64,000 nt of DNA from an uncultured Nitrososphaerota archaeon (lineage in GTDB: Archaea > Thermoproteota > Nitrososphaeria > Nitrososphaerales > CADDZS01), in NCBI GenBank assembly GCA_963799845.1, contig CAWCYI010000006.1:128001-192000 (forward strand), in the 5' to 3' direction. Position numbers and translations under genes: made by a program. The notes under the pieces were generated by a model. It searched no databases. It was not told where the DNA came from and worked only from the letters and a program-made list of their open reading frames with translations. This document shows positions 19,906-29,593 of this stretch, piece after piece. Position 1 is the stretch's first letter, and every line of letters begins with the position of its first letter.

Positions 19906-20250
19906 CTAAGATCTCAACTGCTTTCGAGCTTCGTGTATTGCACGAACCAGGCTGTCTGAATAAGTTACTTCCGTTAGATGGAACGCATCTACCAAAGAAG
20001 CTACAATAGCGGTTTCCACATGATAACCCCTATCTCCAAAGAAAGCGCGAAGACTTTCAGAGAATAATTCCGGCTTTCTTGGAATCTCACTTCTTTCGCA
20101 ATTGTAGATTGTTTTGAATCTCCAGTAGATTACGCTCTTGACGCTCGTTCCGAAGACATCCAGGCCATTATCGATGCATTCGAGGATTTTTGACTCGGAT
20201 TCATTTCCTGCAAAAATCGTACTCGATATAGGCATCTTGAGTTCTTTCAA
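19906..20250 (-). CDS. DUF3227/NitrOD-like small helical protein
   Basis: IDNGLDVFGTSVKSVIYW...IPRKPELFSESLRAFFG pattern, as in thaumarchaeal signalling output domains. Confidence 0.65.
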   Translation of the reverse strand: MKELKMPISSTIFAGNESESKILECIDNGLDVFGTSVKSVIYWRFKTIYNCERSEIPRKPELFSESLRAFFGDRGYHVETAIVASLVDAFHLTEVTYSDSLVRAIHEARKQLRS

Positions 20251-20513
20251 AATAGAATCTGACTCTGCTTACAATATAACTACGGTGGACTTGATATCTG
20301 TACGCAAAAGCCAAGAGCTCTTCTATGTACTGGCTCCATTTCACTTACTACCCCAAAGGCTAGACTGGATTAGAATAACAGGAGACGTAGGTTACTATCC
20401 TAGATGGAAGCTGACTTTCCAGATTTTTTTGACTTTACGTCGTAAGCTCCAACCTTACTATTGGAACCGCTAACAAAGTTCAGTTAGTAATTTCGTCTCG
20501 GTTTACTCACATT

Positions 20514-20541
20514 AAGAAAAAAAGAGCTGCGTTTAGCAGCT
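20514..20541 (-). terminator. Hairpin plus U-tract terminator
   Basis: Minus strand AGCTGC-taaac-GCAGCT-CTTTTTTTCTT. Confidence 0.55.
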
Positions 20542-20703
20542 TACTTTGAACGTCGGAGCCCCTGCTGGAGGGAAGTAGAAATAACCGGCCGAGCACTCTT
20601 TCCCGTGCTGATTCCAAACTTCGAATACCGCTATAGTATTCGGCGCGGCTTGGAATACAGACACTCCCTTCGAGTTCGTGTACTCAGTCGTGTCAAGTTG
20701 AAA

Positions 20704-20973
20704 TCATAACTCTGATCTTTTCATAAGTTCCCTATAACGAAGTTCGCTTATGGTGATCGGAAGTTTTTCATCGGCTTCCCGAATTTGCCGTGTGGATTTC
20801 AATTCCAGTTTTGACTCTTCGCGGTCGAGTAATCCAGAATTCCTTATCGGATAATAGTATTTCAAATGCCCTTCCGAGCTGCAAGATTCTGGCGGTTTAA
20901 GGAGACAAGATTTGCCACAGCTCAAGCAATTCCCATTTTTTATCCAGTGCGCTGTCAACTTGTCAGAAGCCAT
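20704..20973 (-). CDS. Small Cys/His zinc-binding protein
   Basis: CLSCGKSC...C...H, 89 aa. Confidence 0.55.
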   Translation of the reverse strand: MASDKLTAHWIKNGNCLSCGKSCLLKPPESCSSEGHLKYYYPIRNSGLLDREESKLELKSTRQIREADEKLPITISELRYRELMKRSEL

Positions 20974-21065
20974 TTTATTTCATGTATATCAATCGTTCAG
21001 AACCCAAGGTCAAATTTCTGAGGTTACGCAGGGAGCGATCTCAACGTGGGGACTCGTGTCTCCTA

Positions 21066-21248
21066 TTACATTGGTGTTATGTCTCGGACACCAAATGATG
21101 GCTCCTTACCAGACCCTTCTTCTCCGATCGTGAGAAGACGCTTGAGTTCTTCGCATATCTCATCCATTGTCGGCATAGGCATCGGGTTCCCGTTGTCATC
21201 CATTTGAGAGCTGAGTTCGAGTCTGAGTTTGACATAGACTTCTTGCAT
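21066..21248 (-). CDS. Small hypothetical protein
   Basis: 60-aa ORF with GTGA purine-rich site upstream; co-oriented with neighbours. Confidence 0.4.
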   Translation of the reverse strand: MQEVYVKLRLELSSQMDDNGNPMPMPTMDEICEELKRLLTIGEEGSGKEPSFGVRDITPM

Positions 21249-21295
21249 GTTTTGTTTTCACCACAAAAAGAAAAAGGGAGGGAGACAAGTGTCTC

Positions 21296-22003
21296 CTATG
21301 AAGTTGGACAGATTGCGGTTAGGCTGTATGTGATCGAGATACCAGTGGTTTCGGTAGATACAATCTGTACGAAGGCTGCTGACCAAGTGTTGGTGTAAGT
21401 ATTGTCTCCACCCGATGCTACAACGTACGCACCGATGTCGCCATCTATGATAGGATTGTTGAAGAGTTGTACGGTAACAGTGTCCGAGCTTCCAACACCT
21501 GATGTTAGAAGTGTCAGTGTTATAGTACACGGGGATCCACCTGAATCAAACAACTCTACTGCTACGGTTCCGACTGCAACATCTGAACCAGACTCGTCTT
21601 CAACATTTGGAGTTAGCGTGGCTGTAGAAGTCGTTGTGACTGTATCAGTTACAGTCGCAGTTGTCGTCTGACAGCAGACAGCGGAAGTTGTGGTTGAGGT
21701 TATTGTTGAAGTCGATGTATCCGTCACTGTTGAAGTTGCCGTGGTTGTGCTATCAACAAAAACGGTACTCGTTGTGTGATCTGTTTTCGTGATAGTCTTC
21801 GTCACAGTTTTCTCGCTACTGTGAAGTGTGTTCGCACTCAAAGTCCCTGCTTGTGTAGAAGCTGAGACGCCAACAGAACAGGCATAGAGTACGAAGAAGA
21901 CCACCGCAAGCACAGCGATGGCCGACTTGGTTGTTGTATTGCCCGACTTGGCGAACTTACGACTGCTCTTACTTGCGGATTCTTTTAGGCTCAATCGAAT
22001 CAC
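21296..22003 (-). CDS. Secreted or surface Thr-rich protein
   Basis: N-terminal hydrophobic segment, long Thr/Ser tract, beta-rich C-terminal domain. Confidence 0.75.
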   Translation of the reverse strand: MIRLSLKESASKSSRKFAKSGNTTTKSAIAVLAVVFFVLYACSVGVSASTQAGTLSANTLHSSEKTVTKTITKTDHTTSTVFVDSTTTATSTVTDTSTSTITSTTTSAVCCQTTTATVTDTVTTTSTATLTPNVEDESGSDVAVGTVAVELFDSGGSPCTITLTLLTSGVGSSDTVTVQLFNNPIIDGDIGAYVVASGGDNTYTNTWSAAFVQIVSTETTGISITYSLTAICPTS

Positions 22004-22004
22004 C

Positions 22005-23285
22005 CTAAACGATTGTGACAGTCTCCGTTCCTGAGACGCTGTATGTTTGTCCGAGGAAATGCACTATGACTGCACCTGTAGCAGTTCCATCCATTGTAGC
22101 GATTTCGACTTTGGTTGGTGTGCTAGAGAATGAGGACTTACCGATGTTTGCTGTGTATGATCCCGTATAACCAGGATTTGCATTATTGATACAGTTAGGT
22201 GAACTAGCTGTTGTGCAACCATCACTCTGGACGATTATTCCGATTGGGTTGCCGTTGAAAGTGTTCTTGGAAGCCGAGTATGTATTTGGTGAGTCATATA
22301 CGTAAAGACCCGCTACGGTGTTGCCGTGGAAGTTGTTGGAGTTAGCAGTTGCTTGATCGTTGACTAGACACGCGCCTAATTGGTTCGCTTGTAGCTTGTT
22401 ATCATTGACCGTAGTTCCTGTTGCAGATTCGTAGGTTAGGATACCACAGCTCTCTGTTTGAGTGAAGGGGTTCGAACCACACACTGAAATCAAAGTGCAG
22501 ACATTTCCAGTAACTGTGTTATCAGTTACCCATCCTTTGGCACCAAAGCCTATCTGAATACCATTGGGGGCGATGAGAGCAGTGTACGGTGCATAGGGAT
22601 AGACTGTATTCCACGAGACCCAACACGATGTATCTGGATCGTTGCAGGTGATACCGTTCTTGTTGTAGTTGATAGCGTGATTGTTTTCAATCACAACGCC
22701 ATAGGATCCAATTTGGGTCTGGACGGTGATTGCGTCTCCGGGTTGACAGCCAGCGAGACTGACGGGGAGAAGAATGTTCTCGACTGTGTTGCTGAGTATC
22801 GAACCACCAGCGTTGAGAAAACCTATTCCATTGTAATCAACACCACAACCTGTGAAAGACGATTCTGCTTTAGAACCATCAACAACAAGATTCTGTATGA
22901 CTACGCCAGTCAACCCTACTAACGCTAGACCCGCGAGGATGATGTCTGCTGTTGGAGCCGATGTATCAGGATCGATTGTATTGGGAATGAGAGAAGTTGG
23001 TTGGATGAGAGTTGGATGCAGAGATGTTCCAAGACCACGGAGAACCAAATCTTTGGTGATAGATAGTTGTTCAGGATACGTTCCTGACGAGACACAAATC
23101 ACAGCACCACTAGAGGCACTCTTGATCGCGGTCTGAATGGCGTTGTTACCAACATTCTCACCAGTTATTGTTGTAGTACATGGAGGAGAATGGGTTGCGA
23201 ATACGGTTGTCGTTACGGGCAGAACTGACAGCAAAAATAATGCAGCTACCAGGACTGACATTGAAGTAAGTTTAGTTTTGTTCAT
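22005..23285 (-). CDS. Secreted right-handed parallel beta-helix (pectin-lyase fold) protein
   Basis: Signal peptide; IQTAIKSA..G..ICVSSGTYPEQL start; repeated N..N...GI motifs. Confidence 0.85.
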   Translation of the reverse strand: MNKTKLTSMSVLVAALFLLSVLPVTTTVFATHSPPCTTTITGENVGNNAIQTAIKSASSGAVICVSSGTYPEQLSITKDLVLRGLGTSLHPTLIQPTSLIPNTIDPDTSAPTADIILAGLALVGLTGVVIQNLVVDGSKAESSFTGCGVDYNGIGFLNAGGSILSNTVENILLPVSLAGCQPGDAITVQTQIGSYGVVIENNHAINYNKNGITCNDPDTSCWVSWNTVYPYAPYTALIAPNGIQIGFGAKGWVTDNTVTGNVCTLISVCGSNPFTQTESCGILTYESATGTTVNDNKLQANQLGACLVNDQATANSNNFHGNTVAGLYVYDSPNTYSASKNTFNGNPIGIIVQSDGCTTASSPNCINNANPGYTGSYTANIGKSSFSSTPTKVEIATMDGTATGAVIVHFLGQTYSVSGTETVTIV

Positions 23286-24442
23286 GTCTTATTTCCTAAC
23301 GATATCGTGTTTACGGCGATACCCATCAAGCACTTGAGCTCTGCATCGTAAGCGTTCCTGAACACGGATGAGAGCCACTGGCAAATGATGCCACCAACAA
23401 CGGGTATAATCAAAAAAGGCTCAGCAAAAGTACGCAATGCACACCCTTTCTGAAGGATGTTACTACTCATCTACGTAGAGTCCGCAGATTTTGATCATAG
23501 ATCGATATCTCAGTACGACTTTCGCAGGGAGAACTCATGGAAGTAAACCTTGGCCTAGGCCAATAACGTCCTCTTTATAAATCTTGTATTTATATCGGGA
23601 TCCGGTATATTCCTTAATTATTCTATATAGCCAAATGATCGATTTTCGTCAAGAAAAGAATGGCGATCGCGATTTGATTTCTATAGCCTGCTAATTCCAT
23701 GCGACTGGCGATGGTGATTTTAAAAAAAGTATAATCGAGGAGCCATTTTCGGCCTCTCTCTTACTGTTTTGTTACGTGCAAGTACTAACCCTCTTTCACT
23801 GCTTTAAGACGAGAAAAACTGCGCTATAGAGCGTCAATTTGGTCTTTTGTGGAATCTTCACGACCTCCCTAATAACTACAACAGCGACAATCCTCAGTTT
23901 CGATAATCTCTTTCAGGGAATCAGGAAGGGAAAAAAAAGTAAGTCAACGGTACGGTAAATCTGAGAACTAAGATTGCTTTGTCTCCAATTACGCCTTCGT
24001 TTTGCCCGTTTATGATCTTCTTTACTATGGCAAATTCGTACTGATGAGACAAAACCTATCCTCTTTCCGTACTTTCAGTCCAGCTTTCCGAAGCTCTTTC
24101 TGAATCATTCCCTCTTTACCGTGAAATTTCTTCCTTAGACCAAATCTTTTCTGTTCCCGAAGGAATCTCTTACGAACAAATCATACAGTTGCTTAGTGCC
24201 AACCGTATCATTCATTTTTGCCATAGTGGTCAAGAAATATTTCTCTATGCTAGAAACTAGCTCATCGCTCGATAGAGAAAATCTAGAAGTTAGTAACAGG
24301 CCCGAAATTTTCACCCGACTGTAACGGGTAGAATTTCACCCGAGAATGATAACGAAACCCTTCCTTTCGAGTTAAAGAGATAATTAATATCACTCCCTTT
24401 GGTCATGTGAAACGGTTGGAATGTAGAAATACAAGATTTTCC

Positions 24443-25941
24443 GTAAGAGGTTACCGTTCTGAAGCTGAATTCAGGTAGTCGAGCGCGTAATCATAGAAGT
24501 TAAGTTTTCTCAGATTGCAAGTCTCTCTGACACTCATCAGCACCTTGTGGGCATCGGCTCCGTTAGTCGATTGGTTGCCATAGGTTATTTTTCTAATCAC
24601 TACACTCGGTCTTACCGCTCTCTCAGCTGCGTTGTTGTTCCAATCAACTCCCTTTTCTTCGAGAAAGGTGAAGAGCATATCCTTCTCTCGATTGAGGCGC
24701 TTCAAGAACCTCTTGCAGTTCTTTTCTCCAGTGGATGAGTACGCTTCGACGAGTGTCTCCATCCTCCTTTCGAGCCTCTTCTTTGTATTTAGGCGATCGC
24801 TCTTCACATTTACTCTCCTTCCCACCTTTATCGCGTCGTTCAGTATGCGTTTGAGCTTCTTTGCAAATGCAAGAAATTCTATCCCGGGACTCTTGTAGGT
24901 GAGAGTGTCATCCACGTCTCTTCGGTAGTGCTGCAGGCACCTCTGGTGCTTTTTACCGACGTAGTTCCACGCCGGCCACGAATCGCTTATCACGGTTCCA
25001 GGATAGTCACTCCCGAGAATCTCGAGTGGTACATCCCTGCCCCTTGAATTTGCTATCTCGTAGACGACAGACCATTTTCCTACGAACGCCCACAGCCAGT
25101 GGTTCTTTCCCTTGATCCTCCAGCTCGTTTCATCTCCGTTGAGACTCTTCTCCCTTCTGATATCAGAAATGAGCTGATCGTACACCGGACCAAAAGCTTC
25201 TGCGACCTTGGATACGGAGTGTTCTATCGCCGCATCAGTCATCTCCAGATTGAAGAGCAGCTTGAAGAGTGAACTAATCTTTGCGTATGACAACCCGAGC
25301 AGTTTCAGTGAAACTACGAGGAGCATGAGACGCAGACCGAATCTTTCATTGCTTCCTCCACCAATCACGTTTGGAATGGCGGGAGAGACCTGCCCTCCAC
25401 ACCTCTTGCAGTACCGCCTCTTGATAACGTACTCAGTTGCAACGAGTCTCGCAGGAACAATGTCCTCGACCACCCTGGTGTATTCATCCGTTGGATCTTC
25501 AGAGAGATGCCCGCCGCACTTCGGACAGGTTGTCTGGTCAAGCTCGATTCTTGCGTCAATGTGCAGAGGCCTCCTTCTGCTCTTCCCCTCATGGCCGTTC
25601 TTCCTGCCTGGTGGTCTCGTCTTCTTGTGATTGGAGGAGGAGTCTGCCTTTGCTCCTATTCCTCTTGCAACAACGGCTGATACCGTTGTCTTGAGCGAGG
25701 AGAGCTCTTCATGCAGCTGTTTGTTTTCTTCGACGACGAGTTTGTACTTCTCTTCGAAGCCGGATAACTTTTCCTTCAGCTCTTTGTTTTCCTCTTTGAG
25801 TCTGGAAAGCTCCTTCCTGAGCTTGTCATTCTCGACATCAATCTCCTCCTCAACGGTCGGCAAGAGTCTTGCGGTACAAATGAAAACAAGACTCGGCCAA
25901 ATGTCTTTCGGCCTAGGAGCTTCAAAACACTAAATGCTTAC
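24443..25941 (-). mobile_element. IS66-family insertion sequence
   Basis: Imperfect 24-bp TIRs starting GTAAG (18/24 match); 8-bp TSD GATTTTCC at 24435-24442 and 25942-25949. Confidence 0.93.
24451..25863 (-). CDS. IS66-family transposase
   Basis: Coiled coil, GRKNGHEG, CPKCGG/CKRCGG, GDETSW, QRCLQH, NNAAERAVRP. Confidence 0.95.
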   Translation of the reverse strand: MPTVEEEIDVENDKLRKELSRLKEENKELKEKLSGFEEKYKLVVEENKQLHEELSSLKTTVSAVVARGIGAKADSSSNHKKTRPPGRKNGHEGKSRRRPLHIDARIELDQTTCPKCGGHLSEDPTDEYTRVVEDIVPARLVATEYVIKRRYCKRCGGQVSPAIPNVIGGGSNERFGLRLMLLVVSLKLLGLSYAKISSLFKLLFNLEMTDAAIEHSVSKVAEAFGPVYDQLISDIRREKSLNGDETSWRIKGKNHWLWAFVGKWSVVYEIANSRGRDVPLEILGSDYPGTVISDSWPAWNYVGKKHQRCLQHYRRDVDDTLTYKSPGIEFLAFAKKLKRILNDAIKVGRRVNVKSDRLNTKKRLERRMETLVEAYSSTGEKNCKRFLKRLNREKDMLFTFLEEKGVDWNNNAAERAVRPSVVIRKITYGNQSTNGADAHKVLMSVRETCNLRKLNFYDYALDYLNSASER

Positions 25942-26034
25942 GATTTTCCTAATTTTAGGTACAGTAGCGTCTGTAAACGACAAGAAACACTTGGAAAACG
26001 CCAAAAGCTACGAATCTAGGAACAGAATCGACAT

Positions 26035-27078
26035 TTGGGCCAGCTCACTCCGGAAGTTCGTGAAAAAATTCGAGAATCCTACAACAGGACTCTGAGTTAT
26101 AAGAAGACGAGCGTTGAGACAGGCGTAGACTGGAGGAAAGTCAAGAAGGTCGTTATCGCACCGCCGAACGAAGAATCCAAAACCCCAAAAAGCGTTCAAA
26201 ATCGGGCGTATTCACTGTACGCAAGGGGTAACTCACCCGTTGATGTGGCTAACGATCTTTCTATAAGTGCAGACGAAGCGCTTGGTTATCATCTTGAGTA
26301 TCTGAAACTCATTGGAAAAGGTGAACTTGCGAAGTCCCTCGCAAGGCTCGATACGCAAGAAACGAGAGCGATCTTATCACTGCAAAGTGAATTGGAAAAA
26401 CTTCGATTAAGCCCTTCAAAATTCGCGTTTATGCTTAATCTCACGGAGAAGCTCAAGAACGTCGAAGCTAGAACCAGAAATCAAGATGAAATACTTTCCT
26501 CAAGAAGATCTGAGGTACGGGCGATAAACGACCAGTTCCAGAAGACCAGCGTAACTCTTGCCTCAGCCCAGAGAGAGTTATCAAAAGTAACTTCCGAAAA
26601 AGTTTGTTTGAATGGGGAAATTACTAATCTTGAGTCCCAGAGGAATCAGATCTTAGCGGAGATACGAGCCGCGAAGAGCGATACTTCACTCGCAAAGTTC
26701 AAGGAACTCGCCGAGCAGGAGGCCAGGCGAGTGCTAGACGGAGTTAATCGACGTCGGATGATCGCAATCGCGGTTTCTTGCATGATTGATGCTCTCAGAT
26801 ACGACAGGAAAACACGAATCATGTTAGAACTAGGAGCGTCGAGCGAAAATGAAGCAACTAGGCTTTATGGAGACAGTCTTACCAACATAGTCGAGAGGTC
26901 ATTTGACGCTGAAGCCAAGAGGTTCACATCTCAGGTGATTTCGCAAATGGCGAACTCATCCAATGTTCTTCAAGCAGCCCAGCCGATAACATCATTTCAA
27001 CGCATTCCTTTCGCTGTATCGATCTTCGAAGAAGCTCGGTCAAGCAAAACGACAATCAATGAGCTTGCTCTGCATTAG
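26035..27078 (+). CDS. HTH plus coiled-coil protein of archaeal mobile elements
   Basis: Two HTH-like segments (LSYKKTSVETGVDWRKV; AYSLYARGNSPVDVANDL) followed by heptad repeats. Confidence 0.7.
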   Translation: MGQLTPEVREKIRESYNRTLSYKKTSVETGVDWRKVKKVVIAPPNEESKTPKSVQNRAYSLYARGNSPVDVANDLSISADEALGYHLEYLKLIGKGELAKSLARLDTQETRAILSLQSELEKLRLSPSKFAFMLNLTEKLKNVEARTRNQDEILSSRRSEVRAINDQFQKTSVTLASAQRELSKVTSEKVCLNGEITNLESQRNQILAEIRAAKSDTSLAKFKELAEQEARRVLDGVNRRRMIAIAVSCMIDALRYDRKTRIMLELGASSENEATRLYGDSLTNIVERSFDAEAKRFTSQVISQMANSSNVLQAAQPITSFQRIPFAVSIFEEARSSKTTINELALH

Positions 27079-27912
27079 AGGATCGAGGCCGTGATTCCTC
27101 TTCCATCTGATCAAATTCTCGTCTGAGAATCTTCGGGAGCGGGGGCGGCGGGCCAAGCATTTGGTTTTGTCTCCTCTCGGGTTGAGTCAAGACTTTTATC
27201 ATAATGTCACGTCCGTCAGGAATTTCCAATAATTCGTAGAGTGAATTCTCAACGAATTCCTCAATCATTCTGCCTGGAGTTCCGTCAGGAGACAATGCTC
27301 CATCGAACTTTCGATATAGTCCTCGATATTGCCGAAAGTGTTCCGCTACATCACTTTGCCTTAGTCTTCGAGCCAACCAATTCCAAATTGGTGCAAGTCC
27401 CTCTTTACCTGAAGGGCTCAGAACATCTGGATTGAGGTAACCTTTCCTGATCATCTCCCCGATCCCGTCGATTATCCAGCATCTCAAAAATTTTGAAAAA
27501 GCCGTGTCATCGGAATCTTTGAGAATCTCGGAGCAGAAATCGAAGAAAGTATTTGATTCCCTATTTATCCTAAAATTGATACTTGGATCCACGAGTATCG
27601 CGATCAGTGATCCTTTGAAGGTCAGGTCAAAAATAGGAATCGTTTTCTTGTTCTTGTTTTTGCTTGGTCTCGAACCGCACATTCTCAGATATCCATCATG
27701 TACCAACCTATTCACTCGTTTGCTTACAACTTTCTGGGAAATGTCACGCAATTCGGGTTCTAAAGATGAATTGATTTTCTTTTTGAGTTTAGATTTGGAC
27801 ATCTTCCCATGTCTTGCAAACATTCTGAACACCCGCAGATTCAGCGGCCTAGCTTTACCTCTAAGGGCAAGCTAAGCTCTTTGTCTCGCTGTTGTTGCGC
27901 AATAGTAGACAT
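27056..27912 (-). CDS. Winged-helix regulator (ORF 27056-27832; probable start 27912 with an indel near 27875)
   Basis: VSKRVNRLVHDGYL...FDLTFKG wHTH wing; divergent from the RHH gene. Confidence 0.7.
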
Positions 27913-27947
27913 GAGGTTACCTTTCGTCTAATTTCGAACTAATAAGC

Positions 27948-27966
27948 AATCAGTGTCTAACTGATT
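27948..27966. promoter_or_regulatory. Palindromic operator upstream of the RHH gene
   Basis: AATCAGT-gtcta-ACTGATT between TATA-like CTAATAAG (27939-27946) and ATG 27973. Confidence 0.55.
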
Positions 27967-27972
27967 CATCAT

Positions 27973-28149
27973 ATGAACAACACCGTTTTCGCAAGAATGA
28001 AACAAGAACACGCACAACTTGTTAGAGAGGTCTGCGATAACCGCGGAGAAGATGTCTCCGACTTCATTCGAAGGGCAGTACTGAAGGAGCTGGCATCCCT
28101 TTCCTACCTCAGTGAGGCGGAGAAAAAGTCGCTCGGAATGCGGGAATAG
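27973..28149 (+). CDS. Ribbon-helix-helix (CopG-like) protein, absent from the ORF track
   Basis: 58 aa MNNTVFARMKQEHAQLVREVCDNRGEDVSDFIRRAVLKEL...; beta strand, helix, G-x-x-VSDFIRRA. Confidence 0.8.
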   Translation: MNNTVFARMKQEHAQLVREVCDNRGEDVSDFIRRAVLKELASLSYLSEAEKKSLGMRE

Positions 28150-28289
28150 AGGTTTTAGACTAAGTGTCAACTTTCCAAATTTCAAGGAAATCGGACATCA
28201 TGAACCCCAGGAGCGATACATCTTGACAGATTCAATCTTGAAACTCTGCCGAGAGGGAATTTGTGCTATTGAAAAAACACGTGTGAGGC

Positions 28290-28703
28290 TTGCGACTCTC
28301 GATCGCGAAGCCTCCAGTAAACTCTCTGCCAGCGATGGAAGTGAATTTGAACATGAAAGCGCCGACCCTATCTAAAAACAGTCTAGTTCGCTCGACTATC
28401 CCCGGGATCGAAGCATTGGAGCCGGGCAAATTTCTCTGCAAATGTCACGCAAAACCTCGAGAATTTTCGACTTTCGAGGGGCTTTTCCTTCATACAACTC
28501 GAACACGAAACGGGAGATTTCCCAAGAATTACGGGGCGAGTCAAGGGCATGTTTTGGGTAATCTAGACGACTCTGGAAACGAAATCGACGAGCTCTTCCT
28601 TCATAACAAACGAATGTACAACCGGTTGAAAAAAGGATCAAAGGTACAACCCGGGACGAAGATCTCGGATGAAATTTCGGAATCTGGGGAATGGTGGAAT
28701 TGA
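28290..28703 (+). CDS. Zinc-finger-like protein upstream of the primase
   Basis: FLCKCH...FSTFEGLFLH resembles a C2H2 finger; overlaps the prim-pol start. Confidence 0.55.
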   Translation: MRLSIAKPPVNSLPAMEVNLNMKAPTLSKNSLVRSTIPGIEALEPGKFLCKCHAKPREFSTFEGLFLHTTRTRNGRFPKNYGASQGHVLGNLDDSGNEIDELFLHNKRMYNRLKKGSKVQPGTKISDEISESGEWWN

Positions 28704-29590
28704 ACCGGATCGAACCATTTACCAAATTATATCGCGATCTTGGCTTCAATATCATCCCACTGAAGCCGAAAACGAAAGAGCCCGCTATTCAATCATGGAA
28801 AGAGTATCAAACTCGGAGAGCTACTTCTGAAGAGATTAACAAATGGTGGCTGGAAGGAGCCGAGAATCCTAACAATCTTGCCATAATCACCGGGGAGATT
28901 TCGGGAGACTTAGCGGTCTTGGATTTTGATTCCACAGCCGCTTACGAGAATGCTCTCACCAAACAAGAAAGAGAGAGAGTCGAAGACAGTACGATAGTTG
29001 TCTCGACTGGTAAGGGTTATCATGTATATTTCACTTCAAGTGAACTGGAACGGAATCAAGCCTATCAAACTCCTTTCGGTCACGTTGATGTGAGGGGTGA
29101 AGGCGGTTATGTTGCCGCAGCGCCTTCAATTCATCCAACTGGCAGAGCCTATACTATCATAAGCAAGACAACCCAGATGTGGAAAGTGAACTTCAAACTT
29201 GTAATTCAAGATGTCCTAAATAATCTTGGTCATACTGGAAGAATTACAACTCTTCCAATCTTGGATTACTCCGATCTTTTCCTTCTCGCACTGAAGAAGG
29301 ATGAAGAGCTAAAGGATCTCTTCGAGGGACGTTGGACGAACTGGATTAAGAAAACCCGAAGCGAAGCAGAGTTCAGACTTATCAAGAAACTTGTCCTTTT
29401 TGGATTCTCAGACGACGCGATAAGATCCTTTATGCCTTCCTGCCAAATTGGAAAGTGGCAAGAAGAGGGTGGACCTTACCAGAGATTGACATTAGAAAAA
29501 GCACGAAGGCAATTCATACAATCGAAAACAAGAACGATGAAACCTAGAAGGCTGAATCATCCGTACCAACTAAAGCCAGGAGTTGTATAA
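28691..29590 (+). CDS. Bifunctional primase-polymerase (prim-pol, AEP superfamily)
   Basis: GFNIIPL..K.P...WKEYQ, NLAIITG, VLDFD, TGKGYHVYF, DVRGEGGYVAAAPSIH. Confidence 0.93.
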   Translation: MVELNRIEPFTKLYRDLGFNIIPLKPKTKEPAIQSWKEYQTRRATSEEINKWWLEGAENPNNLAIITGEISGDLAVLDFDSTAAYENALTKQERERVEDSTIVVSTGKGYHVYFTSSELERNQAYQTPFGHVDVRGEGGYVAAAPSIHPTGRAYTIISKTTQMWKVNFKLVIQDVLNNLGHTGRITTLPILDYSDLFLLALKKDEELKDLFEGRWTNWIKKTRSEAEFRLIKKLVLFGFSDDAIRSFMPSCQIGKWQEEGGPYQRLTLEKARRQFIQSKTRTMKPRRLNHPYQLKPGVV

Positions 29591-29593
29591 ATC

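Noticed and set aside
21600-21830. Repetitive GTT/GTC-rich DNA (also 58400-58740) as a repeat array
   Set aside because: Explained by Thr/Ser-rich protein linkers; no fixed repeat unit
23950-24290. Possible gene remnant left of the IS66
   Set aside because: Only short stop-interrupted frames with no recognisable family
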